From the NCBI GenBank assembly GCA_044892525.1, contig CM097885.1:235044001-235108000 (forward strand): a stretch of DNA of 64,000 nt, read 5' to 3'. Of the stretch, positions 52,489-62,576 are shown one piece after another. The position numbers and the translations under genes were made by a program. The notes beneath the pieces were generated by a model that was given only the letters and a program-made list of their open reading frames with translations, did not search any database and was not told the origin of the DNA. Every line of letters starts with the position of its first letter. Position 1 is the stretch's first letter. The stretch comes from Schmidtea polychroa (Eukaryota).

Positions 52489-55400
52489 CTACTGAACCCC
52501 AACAGTATTATCTGGGTGTGTTATCGCGATGGCTAGTTTTGTTTTCAGAATCTCTTTGTTTAGTGAACAATCATTTTGTATAAGATCGTAATATACTTTT
52601 TGCAATGTCGTTTGTCCGCGATGAAATAGGAAATCCATTTTATTGTTGGCGTATAAGTATAATTTAACGTCTTCCGTGGCTATCTTTCCCACTGCTCTAT
52701 CTATTATCTGTCTTGACATGTAGATGCCTGCGTAGTTAGTCTTGGATACTATACTATCGCATTTGGTGGTTTCCTTCTCCTTGATAAATCTCATGCCTAG
52801 GTCCGGATCGTCGGTAATTAGTGCCGTTGGTGTTTTTTGCGTTGAGAGTCTCTTTTCTCTGGGCGATGGTGGCACTGGTTTTCCATTTCTCATTCGTACT
52901 TTTCCATTTCCATCCTCGTCATCTTCGTTCTCATAAATTTCTCCCTTTACTTCATTAAACAAAGCACTTTTTAACAGCTGGAGTCGGCATTTTTGAGTGT
53001 TAGCTTCAAATATTATGGTTGATGTTCCGGTTTTGCATACGTTTTCCGTAGCTCTACATGCGGGGTTGGTTTTCATTTGATAATTATTCGCGTCGAATTG
53101 CGCTTCGTATTCTTTTAGCTCAACCGTATAGGACTCAATCACTACCACTCCCGATATCACCTCGCCTCTGATCGTATATGTACCTCCGTTGCACGATCCA
53201 TCTGATGATTTTACTTTTCCGGATACATAAACACTTTCGGTTTTAATCATTCCGGTTTGTCCGTGTATTGTTACTCCGTTATGCATTTTCATCGCTCCGG
53301 TTCTAAAAAGCTCTTTACAGTCCTCTCTTTGTATTGGTGCGATTTCTTTATCCAATCCGGGTAGTATGAGAGTCGAGTACGAATATTGTCCACAATAATA
53401 TGCGAGTACCTTTTTTGATACTACGCATTCCCTTGCTTGCGTTCTGATGAAATCTGATTCCTGATACACATGGTAGGTGACTTTTGTTTTTACTATGTCT
53501 AATTTGTTGGGTGACGCCTGCCTACATTCTTCTATATCTCTCAATGAGTATTTATCTCTCATTACCATATTATCGCAATCATAGATGGTGAAGCCCGTTG
53601 CTCCACCTGTGCATAGCATCCATATCATCATAGTCATCATTAACGAATTTATTGACGCTTTTCTACTGGCTGGATCTTTCATTGGTAATTCCCATTCTAG
53701 TTCATTCAGCAGCTTCTTCAATCTGACTTGCATTGATCTTTCCTGTTCGTTTTTTCGTGGTGCTTGTATGAGTCTTTTCCATCCTCCAGCACGGATAATG
53801 TGTGGTTCAATAGTATTCTCTATGATTGATACTGTCATTTCTACGTGATTTGCAAATTGTTTATAGGGTATTTTCCTTGCAGCTAATCCCATCAAATTAT
53901 ACATCAAATAAGTTATTACTACTAGATGGTGTTCATCATCGTTTGCCTTCGTTGTGAGTTGTTCGATTACTCTCCTCGTTTCATCCCAATCCGTTTTAGT
54001 GGTTTTCGTTTTCTCTTTGATTAACTTTGGGATTATCCCTGATACCATGTGCCATAGATGTCTAGCTTCTACGCTTGCCACTTTTCGTTGCCACAAGCGT
54101 CTGAGTTGCGGGTTCGTTATTATTAACATGTCTTTTATTAATTCCCGTATCCACTTTTCTCCTCTTTCGATTGTTGGTTGGGCTTCCTTTAGATCCCATA
54201 CTATTTTATCTAGTTTTTCCAATCTGACTTGTCCTTGTTCTTGCTTTAGTTGTTCTTTGGTTTTAAATTCGGGTTTTTCTCCTTGTTTCTTGGGTCTCCC
54301 TTTGGCCCGTTTTTCCATTGTTGTTCCGGCTTCTCTGGTATTTTCGTAATTCGGATTTCTTTCATTATCCGTTCTGGGCAATGAACTGTCGTTATTTCTC
54401 AACCACTCGTTCCATTCATCTATTATTTTGTCGGTTTGACCTTCCGGGATTGTTCTTGTCGGTTCTTTTTGTTTCTTGCATTGTTCATCCGTTTCGGTTT
54501 CCGTAGTATTGTCGAGGATTTCTTCGATGTTTAGTTTTGTTGGTTGTTGATAACTCGTTGATGGTTGGTTGGTAGTCCACATTTCGGCTCCTGTCGGCCA
54601 TCTCACTAATAGCGGCGATCTTTCTCCTGGCTCGTCGTCACTATCTTCTAGGATAATCTCTTCAACCTCTTCGGTTTCATTTGATTTACTCGGTGCTTTG
54701 TTCGGACTTGGAGTACTCAAACTACTTTTTGTTGGTTTACTATTTTTGCTTTTCCTCTTTATCGGTTTCCCCAATGTTTCTGCCATTGTTAGCACGTTTG
54801 TCTCTTCTAACCTCATGGGCGTTATCCCGATGTCTGCGTTATCATCTAATGATTTTCCGAATAGTTGTAGATGGAATGGGGTTTCGTATGCTAATTTCTT
54901 TTTTAATTCTCTAATCTTTGTTGTTGGATGCACCTCTAGTTCTTCGATGCTCTTGTCCGGATACTTGATTCGGATGTGATACCTCTCCTGGGTGTCTTGT
55001 GCCCACTCCTGATTTCTCCATTTTCTAATAATTTGTTCTAGCTGTTCTGGATACCATTCATTATATTGTCGGTATTCCTCTATCGCCTTCGCCATTTCTC
55101 GCAAATTGTGGATATTCTCCGACGTCTTCAAGATGACGTTAGCCAACGCTACCACTTGTCGTTTTTGATTTTTCGCTCCCATTGCTAAGATATCGCCTAA
55201 TTGTTTATATTTTTCCTTCTCTTCTCGTTCTCTTGCTTCCATAGCTTCTTCGCCATCCATATCGGCATATTCACGTTCCTTTTTTCTCATCGCATGGATA
55301 TGTCTGGCTTCGTTTTCGCTTTCTGATGTGACATCCGTCTCGCTCTCGTCATCTGATGTCTGTTCCATTGCTTCCTCTTCATATTCTGGAGGTTCGTCTT

Positions 55401-55791
55401 CTTCTTCCTCTGGCTCTTCATCCGTCTCCTCGATTTCCGTTTCTATGAAGATTCCTTTCCTGATTTCCCAGGTTTTGTTTTCGGCGTTCCATACCCTTTC
55501 CCATGGGGTTCGTCTACAGGATCTGGTGCTTAGTTTCGTTATTTTTCCTTGTAGTTCCTTTTCCTTTAACCATTGTTGGTGGATTTCAATTATTTCTACT
55601 GATTTTTGGTATAACGTTTTCATCCGGTCTCGTATTTCTTTTTGATAGGTTACATCTCTTGTTCGAAATTCATCCATTGGTACTATTCTGATTATTTGAT
55701 GATCGTCCCACATACCCATATCACTCAACGAGGTGTCGTCCTCAGCTCGTAATATTCTTTTGTCGTACATAATAACTACATCGTCGATCAT
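52489..55791 (-). CDS. env: Polyprotein part 2: ubiquitin-like domains, Bcl-2-like domain, internal signal peptide and truncated class III-type (chuvirus/gB-like) envelope glycoprotein
   Basis: Ubl YHIRIKYPDKSIEELEVHPTTKIRELKKKL..LQLFGKSLDD; BH2-like IEPHIIRAGGWKRL; hydrophobic LMMTMMIWMLCTGGATG then FTIYDC...YSLRDIEEC and a Cys-rich ectodomain. Confidence 0.7.
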   Translation of the reverse strand: MIDDVVIMYDKRILRAEDDTSLSDMGMWDDHQIIRIVPMDEFRTRDVTYQKEIRDRMKTLYQKSVEIIEIHQQWLKEKELQGKITKLSTRSCRRTPWERVWNAENKTWEIRKGIFIETEIEETDEEPEEEEDEPPEYEEEAMEQTSDDESETDVTSESENEARHIHAMRKKEREYADMDGEEAMEAREREEKEKYKQLGDILAMGAKNQKRQVVALANVILKTSENIHNLREMAKAIEEYRQYNEWYPEQLEQIIRKWRNQEWAQDTQERYHIRIKYPDKSIEELEVHPTTKIRELKKKLAYETPFHLQLFGKSLDDNADIGITPMRLEETNVLTMAETLGKPIKRKSKNSKPTKSSLSTPSPNKAPSKSNETEEVEEIILEDSDDEPGERSPLLVRWPTGAEMWTTNQPSTSYQQPTKLNIEEILDNTTETETDEQCKKQKEPTRTIPEGQTDKIIDEWNEWLRNNDSSLPRTDNERNPNYENTREAGTTMEKRAKGRPKKQGEKPEFKTKEQLKQEQGQVRLEKLDKIVWDLKEAQPTIERGEKWIRELIKDMLIITNPQLRRLWQRKVASVEARHLWHMVSGIIPKLIKEKTKTTKTDWDETRRVIEQLTTKANDDEHHLVVITYLMYNLMGLAARKIPYKQFANHVEMTVSIIENTIEPHIIRAGGWKRLIQAPRKNEQERSMQVRLKKLLNELEWELPMKDPASRKASINSLMMTMMIWMLCTGGATGFTIYDCDNMVMRDKYSLRDIEECRQASPNKLDIVKTKVTYHVYQESDFIRTQARECVVSKKVLAYYCGQYSYSTLILPGLDKEIAPIQREDCKELFRTGAMKMHNGVTIHGQTGMIKTESVYVSGKVKSSDGSCNGGTYTIRGEVISGVVVIESYTVELKEYEAQFDANNYQMKTNPACRATENVCKTGTSTIIFEANTQKCRLQLLKSALFNEVKGEIYENEDDEDGNGKVRMRNGKPVPPSPREKRLSTQKTPTALITDDPDLGMRFIKEKETTKCDSIVSKTNYAGIYMSRQIIDRAVGKIATEDVKLYLYANNKMDFLFHRGQTTLQKVYYDLIQNDCSLNKEILKTKLAIAITHPDNTVGVQ

Positions 55792-55866
55792 ACCGTCGTC
55801 GCTCTCGTTTCTTACTTTTTCCGTTATTTCTTTATTTATCTTTCCTACTAATTCGTCTACCGTGCT

Positions 55867-58458
55867 TTAGTTACTGATTTTTATTCGTCGTTTTTCCTCA
55901 TTTGGCAACCATATTGTTACTTCCAATCTCCTCGGTTGCGTTTCTTTTAATCGCCCATATTTGTGGATTAAATTGACGGTTCTCCAATCACTCATCCTGA
56001 ATAATTCCGTATCGCGCAATCTGCTCATTAGTTCGTGCATAGCTGGGGTTTGTCTGGCTATTAGTACATCCCAGTTATCTTCCACTTGTTCTTGAATTTG
56101 TTTGATGAGCTTATCCAGGTTTCGTCTCAAAGTACATTGTTTTATTTGTTCTAACTTCAATTTGATGTTAAAGTCATATTCTGCCTTGGCGTCTCTAGCA
56201 CAATCATAGATGTTGGCTAGTTGTTTTTCTTTGTGCAACTTTAACATTTGGGTTTCTCCTGGCCATATCAGTGCGTCTACTAAGTGCATATCTGGTTTGA
56301 CTTGCTCTCCTTGATATTGGTATAGGTACTCCCTTTTCCTCGAGCTACCTAAGTGTTCTCGTATCCAATCGAAAAGTTCGTCGGTGACGGTGTTTTTAAT
56401 CCATATTCTTTCAAGTCCTTTACTCGTTCCAATTTTTATTACATATCGCGTGGTATCGACCTGCTTCATTTTTTCCATATACTTTTTTATTATCAACTTT
56501 TCTTCGCTTGGTATTAAATCTTTCTCGTTTCTTTCCAATTTCATCACTTTTTGTACGAATCGTCTGAATGGTATTACATCGATGAACTCTTGGTTTCTCA
56601 CTACCACCGGGAGTATTTCAACTACTTGTTTTATCGCTTCCTCCCTCTCTTTTCTCAATTTTATTTCGATATCCTCGTCCTCACTTTCGCTGGTTATCTT
56701 GCTTTCGCTCTCTTTCTCTTGAATTTTCCCTTTGGGAGGTTCGCCAGTTTCGTTTAGCTGTAGTACTTTTCCCCCCAAACTGCTCACATAGTCATCATCT
56801 GATGACGATGTACCTTTTGTCCTTTTCATCATGTTGATTCGTAAATTTCTCATCCTTGGTACTCGTTTTAGTTTCTTATTTTCGAATACCGTTGTTTCTT
56901 CGGATTCCGATTCTTGTAGTATTTTGTGGTTTAGATGACTGGGTTGTTCCTTGCTCTTGTTGTTTTCATCTTTTGCCTCTGTTTTCGCTTTATCATGTTC
57001 TTTTTCGATTTTATCTTTTATCTTTTTCCAGAATATTTTCTGAATTCTTTGGTTTCCTTTCAGTATCGTTGTTGGGTTTTCTGTTCTGATTTCTGTTGTT
57101 GTTTCTTTTACTTTTTCTGGTTCAGTCATAGGTACTATTCTTGGGTTTTTCCCATAGTTGTAACAATATTGATCTTTAACGTCCTTTATCAATCTCATCA
57201 TATTTAGTCGTAATGGTTGCTCTTGTCGTTGCTGGTTGCGTTCTCGTTTTATCCTCTCTTCCTCAGCCTGCAATCGTTGCCAATCTTGTGCATGTTGCTG
57301 TCTCTCGTAGTCGTTGATGTTTTCGGTGCTTCTCATCATCCGTATATTCTGTGTTTGCTGAGGCGCCGGTTCTGGTCTCGGTCGCAGTAATTGATGCATC
57401 ATCTGTTTCATTTGGGAAATTTCTTGCATGACGTTCATTTGTTTTCCTTCACTGGGGTTGTTTTGTCGTTGCGGATTTGACATATAATTGTTATTTCGCT
57501 GTGGCGGTCGTTGTTGTTGGCCCCTTTCTCGACATTCCCTAGAGATATGGCCTGGTTGTCCGCAGTTAAAACATCCTCTCATTTGGCATATATTCTCCGT
57601 ATGCCCCCGTCGTCCGCAACGATTACAATTTGTATTTCTATAACAATCCCTGTCCCAGTGTCCTGGTTTACCGCAGGTTCGGCATTGTTTGTTGTCGTTC
57701 GTATTTCGTCGATTATTAAAATTGTTCCCATTATTCAGGTTGTTGCGATCACCATTATTCCCATTTGACCGTCCTTGTGGTGGTTTGAAAATTTGATGTG
57801 CTCCGGGTATAAATTGATTCATTTTTGGTCCTTGGTTGTTGCTATCTCCATTATCCGTTTTTACCATGGCTGTTGCTATCCTCCCATCCTCTTGCATAAT
57901 ATTCATTTGTGCAGGAAGGTGAAGTTCGCATCTCGTGGCCCAATCTATGGCCTCTTCCAACGTTGCACACATTTGGCATCCTACAGATGCTCTCACTTCT
58001 TCTCGGCGTAGTCCCTCTATGAAATAGCCGATCAAATTTTCCTCTGGCAATTTTCCATTCATTGCTTTCTTTGCTAATCTCCGTAATTCACTTGCATATA
58101 ATGTTATTGATTCATTTGCTCTTTGTTTCCTATTTGCCAGTTCGCCAAGTGCTTGATTGATTGGTTTGCTAGCTCCAAAAGTTTTCTTCAGGAATGTTTT
58201 GATATCCTCCCATTTATCTAATTTCGTATTTCTTTCTTTAGCCTCTAAATACACTTCTAATGCGCTATCGCACAAAAACAACGGCATCCTTTTACTAACT
58301 GCTTCGGATGTCCATCCACACACATCGATATAGACTTCAAAGTTGGTTATAAACGTTGCCAACTTGTTTGCATTTCCGTTGAACGGTTCGCCTCTAAATT
58401 TTTCTTTATACTCGTCGGTTTTTACCACATTCGTCATGATTGGTTCTTGAGTTTCCAC
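55867..58458 (-). CDS. gag: Polyprotein part 1: Gag (capsid plus 3 zinc knuckles) and Ubl-like domains; frame open from 58770
   Basis: PFNGN..FITNFE, RKQRANESITLYASELRRLA, FIEGL and CX2CX4HX4C three times. Same frame as the next ORF, separated by one TAA. Confidence 0.9.
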   Translation of the reverse strand: METQEPIMTNVVKTDEYKEKFRGEPFNGNANKLATFITNFEVYIDVCGWTSEAVSKRMPLFLCDSALEVYLEAKERNTKLDKWEDIKTFLKKTFGASKPINQALGELANRKQRANESITLYASELRRLAKKAMNGKLPEENLIGYFIEGLRREEVRASVGCQMCATLEEAIDWATRCELHLPAQMNIMQEDGRIATAMVKTDNGDSNNQGPKMNQFIPGAHQIFKPPQGRSNGNNGDRNNLNNGNNFNNRRNTNDNKQCRTCGKPGHWDRDCYRNTNCNRCGRRGHTENICQMRGCFNCGQPGHISRECRERGQQQRPPQRNNNYMSNPQRQNNPSEGKQMNVMQEISQMKQMMHQLLRPRPEPAPQQTQNIRMMRSTENINDYERQQHAQDWQRLQAEEERIKRERNQQRQEQPLRLNMMRLIKDVKDQYCYNYGKNPRIVPMTEPEKVKETTTEIRTENPTTILKGNQRIQKIFWKKIKDKIEKEHDKAKTEAKDENNKSKEQPSHLNHKILQESESEETTVFENKKLKRVPRMRNLRINMMKRTKGTSSSDDDYVSSLGGKVLQLNETGEPPKGKIQEKESESKITSESEDEDIEIKLRKEREEAIKQVVEILPVVVRNQEFIDVIPFRRFVQKVMKLERNEKDLIPSEEKLIIKKYMEKMKQVDTTRYVIKIGTSKGLERIWIKNTVTDELFDWIREHLGSSRKREYLYQYQGEQVKPDMHLVDALIWPGETQMLKLHKEKQLANIYDCARDAKAEYDFNIKLKLEQIKQCTLRRNLDKLIKQIQEQVEDNWDVLIARQTPAMHELMSRLRDTELFRMSDWRTVNLIHKYGRLKETQPRRLEVTIWLPNEEKRRIKISN

Positions 58459-59611
58459 TATTTCTTTTAAGTTATCTAATAACTGGGTTAGGTTATGGAC
58501 AGATAGTTCTTCTGTGGATGCTGATAAACTGTTCGTAATATCTATTATACTTTCTCGGCTTCTCGCTCGCTTCGGGGTATATTGGGTTGTTGGGTTTTCT
58601 TTGTCGTCTATCGGTATTCTGTTTGCCTCGTTAGGTCCTTGCGATGATCCTCTCCTATGACGGGTTGATCTAGCTCTCTTGATGCTTTGCAGCTGATCTA
58701 CTGAAAATAATGTATCGTATTGATTACTTGAGGATCGGAGTGTTCTTTGGTTTGCCGTGATTTCTTCCTGTTACTCCTTTGTCTTCCCTTGGTTCTTTTC
58801 CGTTTGATCGGGTTCTGAATTGGTTATCTCTGGTTAGTTGTTGATTTTCTTCGAATTCCCTTTGTGCAGGTTCTGGATTGGCTTGGGTGACTGGATTGGT
58901 TTGGTATCTAAAATGAAAAAATGATCTCGTGTTGCATCTGCTTACACGACTTCATCATTCTTTCTGCAACATTCAAACACAGACACCTTTTAGGTTTCTG
59001 TTTGTGCTTCCCCTATCTTTTGTGAAATCCTTTCCGCGGGTTATAATTTCCCATCAGCCCGTATCTTTCGTCGATTTAAAATTATCTATATGGGGTAGTA
59101 ACAATTATCTATAGAGTCGTAATAATTATCTATCTTTAATACTTATAATATGAATAGCTCGTTGTCGGTCACTGCTTATTAACCCCCTTTATTTTCCTAA
59201 TCCTTTTGCGCTATTGTCGCTATTTTACTTTTCGTATTTACTATTATCTCACTCGGTTCTACTCTGGAACCAATAAAAATGTATTTCCCCGGTTTAAACC
59301 AAAAATTCCGTAGAGTTTCTCTACTTCCCTGGGATCCCTTTAATTAGTTAATTATCTTCCTCTTTTACTCATCATCTCTTTTCACTTATTCTTTGTTTTC
59401 CATTATCTCTCTAATTCATTTTCCTCTTCCCTATCTCTTTCTCGCTATAATCTTATTATCACTTTCCACGAGCTCGTTTATTCCTCTCGTTCAAATTCCC
59501 GTAATTAAATTCAATTGGTTTCTAGCTAGCTTTAACATTCCATTTCACTATTAGCTTAAATGTTATCTCATTGTAGCTTAAATGCTATCTCCCGCTTTTC
59601 TAGGCCTTTAC

Positions 59612-59932
59612 TACTGGCTGGCACTTTTCAACAGCTCAATCTTCCTTATCCTGACCGGCTGGACTTTTCACAACTCGGTCTTAATAGCTCCGAACTGGCT
59701 GGACTTTTCACAACTCAGTTTTCATTTTCCCTGACCGGCTGGACTTTTCGACAACTCGGCCTTAATATTTCCGAACTGGCTGGACTTTTCACAGCTCAGT
59801 TTTAATTTCCCTGACCGGCTGGACTTTTCGACAACTCGGCCTTAATATTTCCGAACTGGCTGGACTTTTCACAGCTCAGTTTTAATTTCCCTGACCGGCT
59901 GGACTTTTCGACAACTCGGCCTTAATATTTCC
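59612..59932. repeat. 80-bp tandem repeat (~4 copies; two GGCTGGACTTTTC subunits each) in the 5' leader
   Basis: CTGACCGGCT recurs at 59651, 59731, 59811 and 59891. Confidence 0.92.
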
Positions 59933-60482
59933 CTCTCTGCATGCTTCTACTTCTCCTTTCCTCTTTTACTTTAAATTATCATTTTCTCTGTCTCTACTTT
60001 TAATTTGTCGACTTAATCTTTACCGCTTGAGAGTGTTTCCCCTTTCCCCCTTTGTTCAAAACGCACGACGATCGCGATGATCCATTTCCACATTGGCATG
60101 GTGATCAGTCACACCGCAGAAACTTCTCATCATTTGCGATGGTACCCCGCCCTACGCTCCTCACTTAGGTTGATCGGTTATCCCCTCCCAATTGGTTTTT
60201 CGTATGATAGAACGTACCGCCCGAAGGTGGCTCGGTTTGTACCCTTACATCCTATATCGGGACTAATTCCACGTTAGTTTTATTTTTCTTCATTCGATCT
60301 CATAAACAAAAATGTAATTAAAAGAGATAGAATATCTAATTCACAACAAAAATATTTTTATTTATCCTGAGACTAAAATTAAACATTAAAGTTACTTCAT
60401 ACTTAAAAGTACATATATTCGTATTCAAAGGTCTTTTATCAATTTAATGCGCATATACGTCACTGCATCTGGTTAGTCGTTT

Positions 60483-60968
60483 TTAATCACCGTAATAAAC
60501 CATATGGGTTTCTTTTATCCCATGTTTGCATATTGTACATCGTTTCAGATCTTTCACGCATTCTTCACAATGAGTGAGGTGTCCACAGGGCAAGAACAGT
60601 ACGCGTATAGGGTGAAGATTGCAAGACAGACAGGTTCGTAATTTAGTGAGTTTCTCTTGTATCTTTTGTTGAATTGCCTCTGATATTGTATGTAGTTGAT
60701 CTTTTATTCGCTCGTATTTTAGATTTAGGGCCGGGTTTTTTAGTCGTTTTAGGTACCATTGATATACTGTTTCGTGATTTATCTTTTCATCTGTGTGGCT
60801 TAAACCTGCGGCCAATAACACGTGGTTAGGTACAACTGGTGTGTGTCCGATTGCTTGGAGTAGAATGCTGTTGATTCGTTTTCTTTTTTGTATGAGTGTT
60901 TTAATAGGGTCGTTTTCTATATTAATGAAATTAATTAATTGTTGCATCTGTTCTGCGAATTCCGTCAT
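60483..60968 (-). CDS. C-terminal RING-finger protein (IAP/MDM2-type C3HC4 E3 ligase-like)
   Basis: CLSC....IRVLFLPCGHLTHCEECVKDLKRCTICKHGI at the extreme C-terminus; likely start MTEFAEQ after a splice acceptor. No BIR domain seen. Confidence 0.85.
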   Translation of the reverse strand: MTEFAEQMQQLINFINIENDPIKTLIQKRKRINSILLQAIGHTPVVPNHVLLAAGLSHTDEKINHETVYQWYLKRLKNPALNLKYERIKDQLHTISEAIQQKIQEKLTKLRTCLSCNLHPIRVLFLPCGHLTHCEECVKDLKRCTICKHGIKETHMVYYGD

Positions 60969-61236
60969 ATCTATTGGGAAAAGAAAATATTTTAATAATA
61001 TACAGCTAATTAATGGTTGTTTCATCAAACATTTTTCCTTTTTAAATCGTTATAATTTATTTTACTTTTATCTTATCTCCCCATTATTAAATTTACTTTA
61101 TTTATATCTTTAATTTATTATTTTCTAATCGTGATTTTATAATAAGATTCGATAAGCATTAGTCGATTTGCATTCGCCCATTAATTGAAATCGATAATCC
61201 CGGTGAATTCACACTATTCGACAGAAATTCCATAAT

Positions 61237-61254
61237 ATCCCGGCTGAGCCCCCA
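61237..61254 (-). other. Primer-binding site, tRNA-Pro
   Basis: TGGGGGCTCAGCCGGGAT, 16/18 match to the classic Pro PBS TGGGGGCTCGTCCGGGAT, 7 nt from the LTR end. Confidence 0.85.
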
Positions 61255-61833
61255 AAAATTATGCTGGGGTAGTGCTCGGTTGACCCTAACCAATCTACGC
61301 CCTTGTCCAGGGGATGCGTGTCCATTTCGTTATGCTACATATACCTATGTCAACCCGGAGCAGGACCCTGCCCAACCTATCCTCCAACATAGCACCCGTG
61401 AATTGCTTCACGTTGGAAATGTGCTATGCCGGCGAGACGCCAGTAAGCAGGTGAGCCCCTGCCTTAAGACTACTCCTTACTGAGGCCTCGATTTCCCCTT
61501 TCTGACTGCCGATGGAAGGACTTACGTCTGATCACCTCATCAGATTCTCTCTCTACCCTGGCCCAAAATTAGATACAAAATTGACTATTGCCTCTCGAAC
61601 TCAAAAATTTACTCTCGCTTTGTGAACACTACCCTGAACCTTTACAACAACTAGTTAAATCAAAACAACAACAAAAGATAACCAAAATTGCTTTATTCTA
61701 TTATTATAATACACTATACGGTTAAGCACTACATGACAAGTACAAATTAGTGGAAAGCGGGTTAAGAGGAAGAGGAGTCATGATAGTTTAGTTGCCAATT
61801 AACACTCTGCATGGTTGTATTGTGTTGCGATTC

Positions 61834-62576
61834 TCACTTCTCCCATTCTGCATCCGCCAATAATTCATCCAGATCGAAAAACTCGGAGGCATTCTCCTCC
61901 CAAGTCACACCAGTGGCAGAGATGATTCGCCCTGGGATCCCTACGGTTAAATCGATCGTTACGGGGGATCATTCGAAGTACTTGGGTGGTCGAAAGATGG
62001 TTCACGTTGTTTGACGATCGCTCGCTCACGTTGACGCTTTTTACGCTCCGCTCTGGATAATTGACGACGCTTAGGTTTCGAAGGGTTAACAGACGATATT
62101 ACTGAGGATGTCGTAGTTGATGGCAATGCCTTGCTAGTACCGAGAATAAGTACGTCCGTTGGCCTGGGGGAGAGGTCGGCCTCTACGCACTCACGACAAG
62201 ACTTTTTAGATAAAGGTGGTGAATTGACTGAAGGGTCATGGTGGACGGGGAAGATATTGTCCGCTTCTTTAATGGGGATACTAACGATCTTCCGGGTTGT
62301 TGCTGCTTGGACGTAAACTTTATGTAGAGCTTCGGACTGCTCTTTGATCAGGCTACGCTGAGATCTACTTTCGTTTATCAAAGCATCGCGACAATGCTCG
62401 CTGCGGTACAATTTCTGTTGTACCTCCTTCATTTGTACTGGGCTAAACCATGTACCTTCCAGATCGTCGATTTTCTTTTTATATCGACCGATCTGGGCCT
62501 GTAATTCTCTGATTACGGTGTTTTTGTCGGCGCAGGAGAAGCAGGGTTTGAGAGACGACTTCGAGCTTGGCAACAT
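61834..62576 (-). CDS. LTR-encoded protein, homolog of 49434-50183, with a frameshift in a homopolymer near 61965
   Basis: After the shift the frame continues TIDLTVGIPGRIISATGVTWEENASEFFDLDELLADAEWEK*. Confidence 0.75.

Noticed and set aside
59612..59932. GGACTTTTC as NF-kB sites
   Set aside because: Only a partial consensus match with no supporting evidence.
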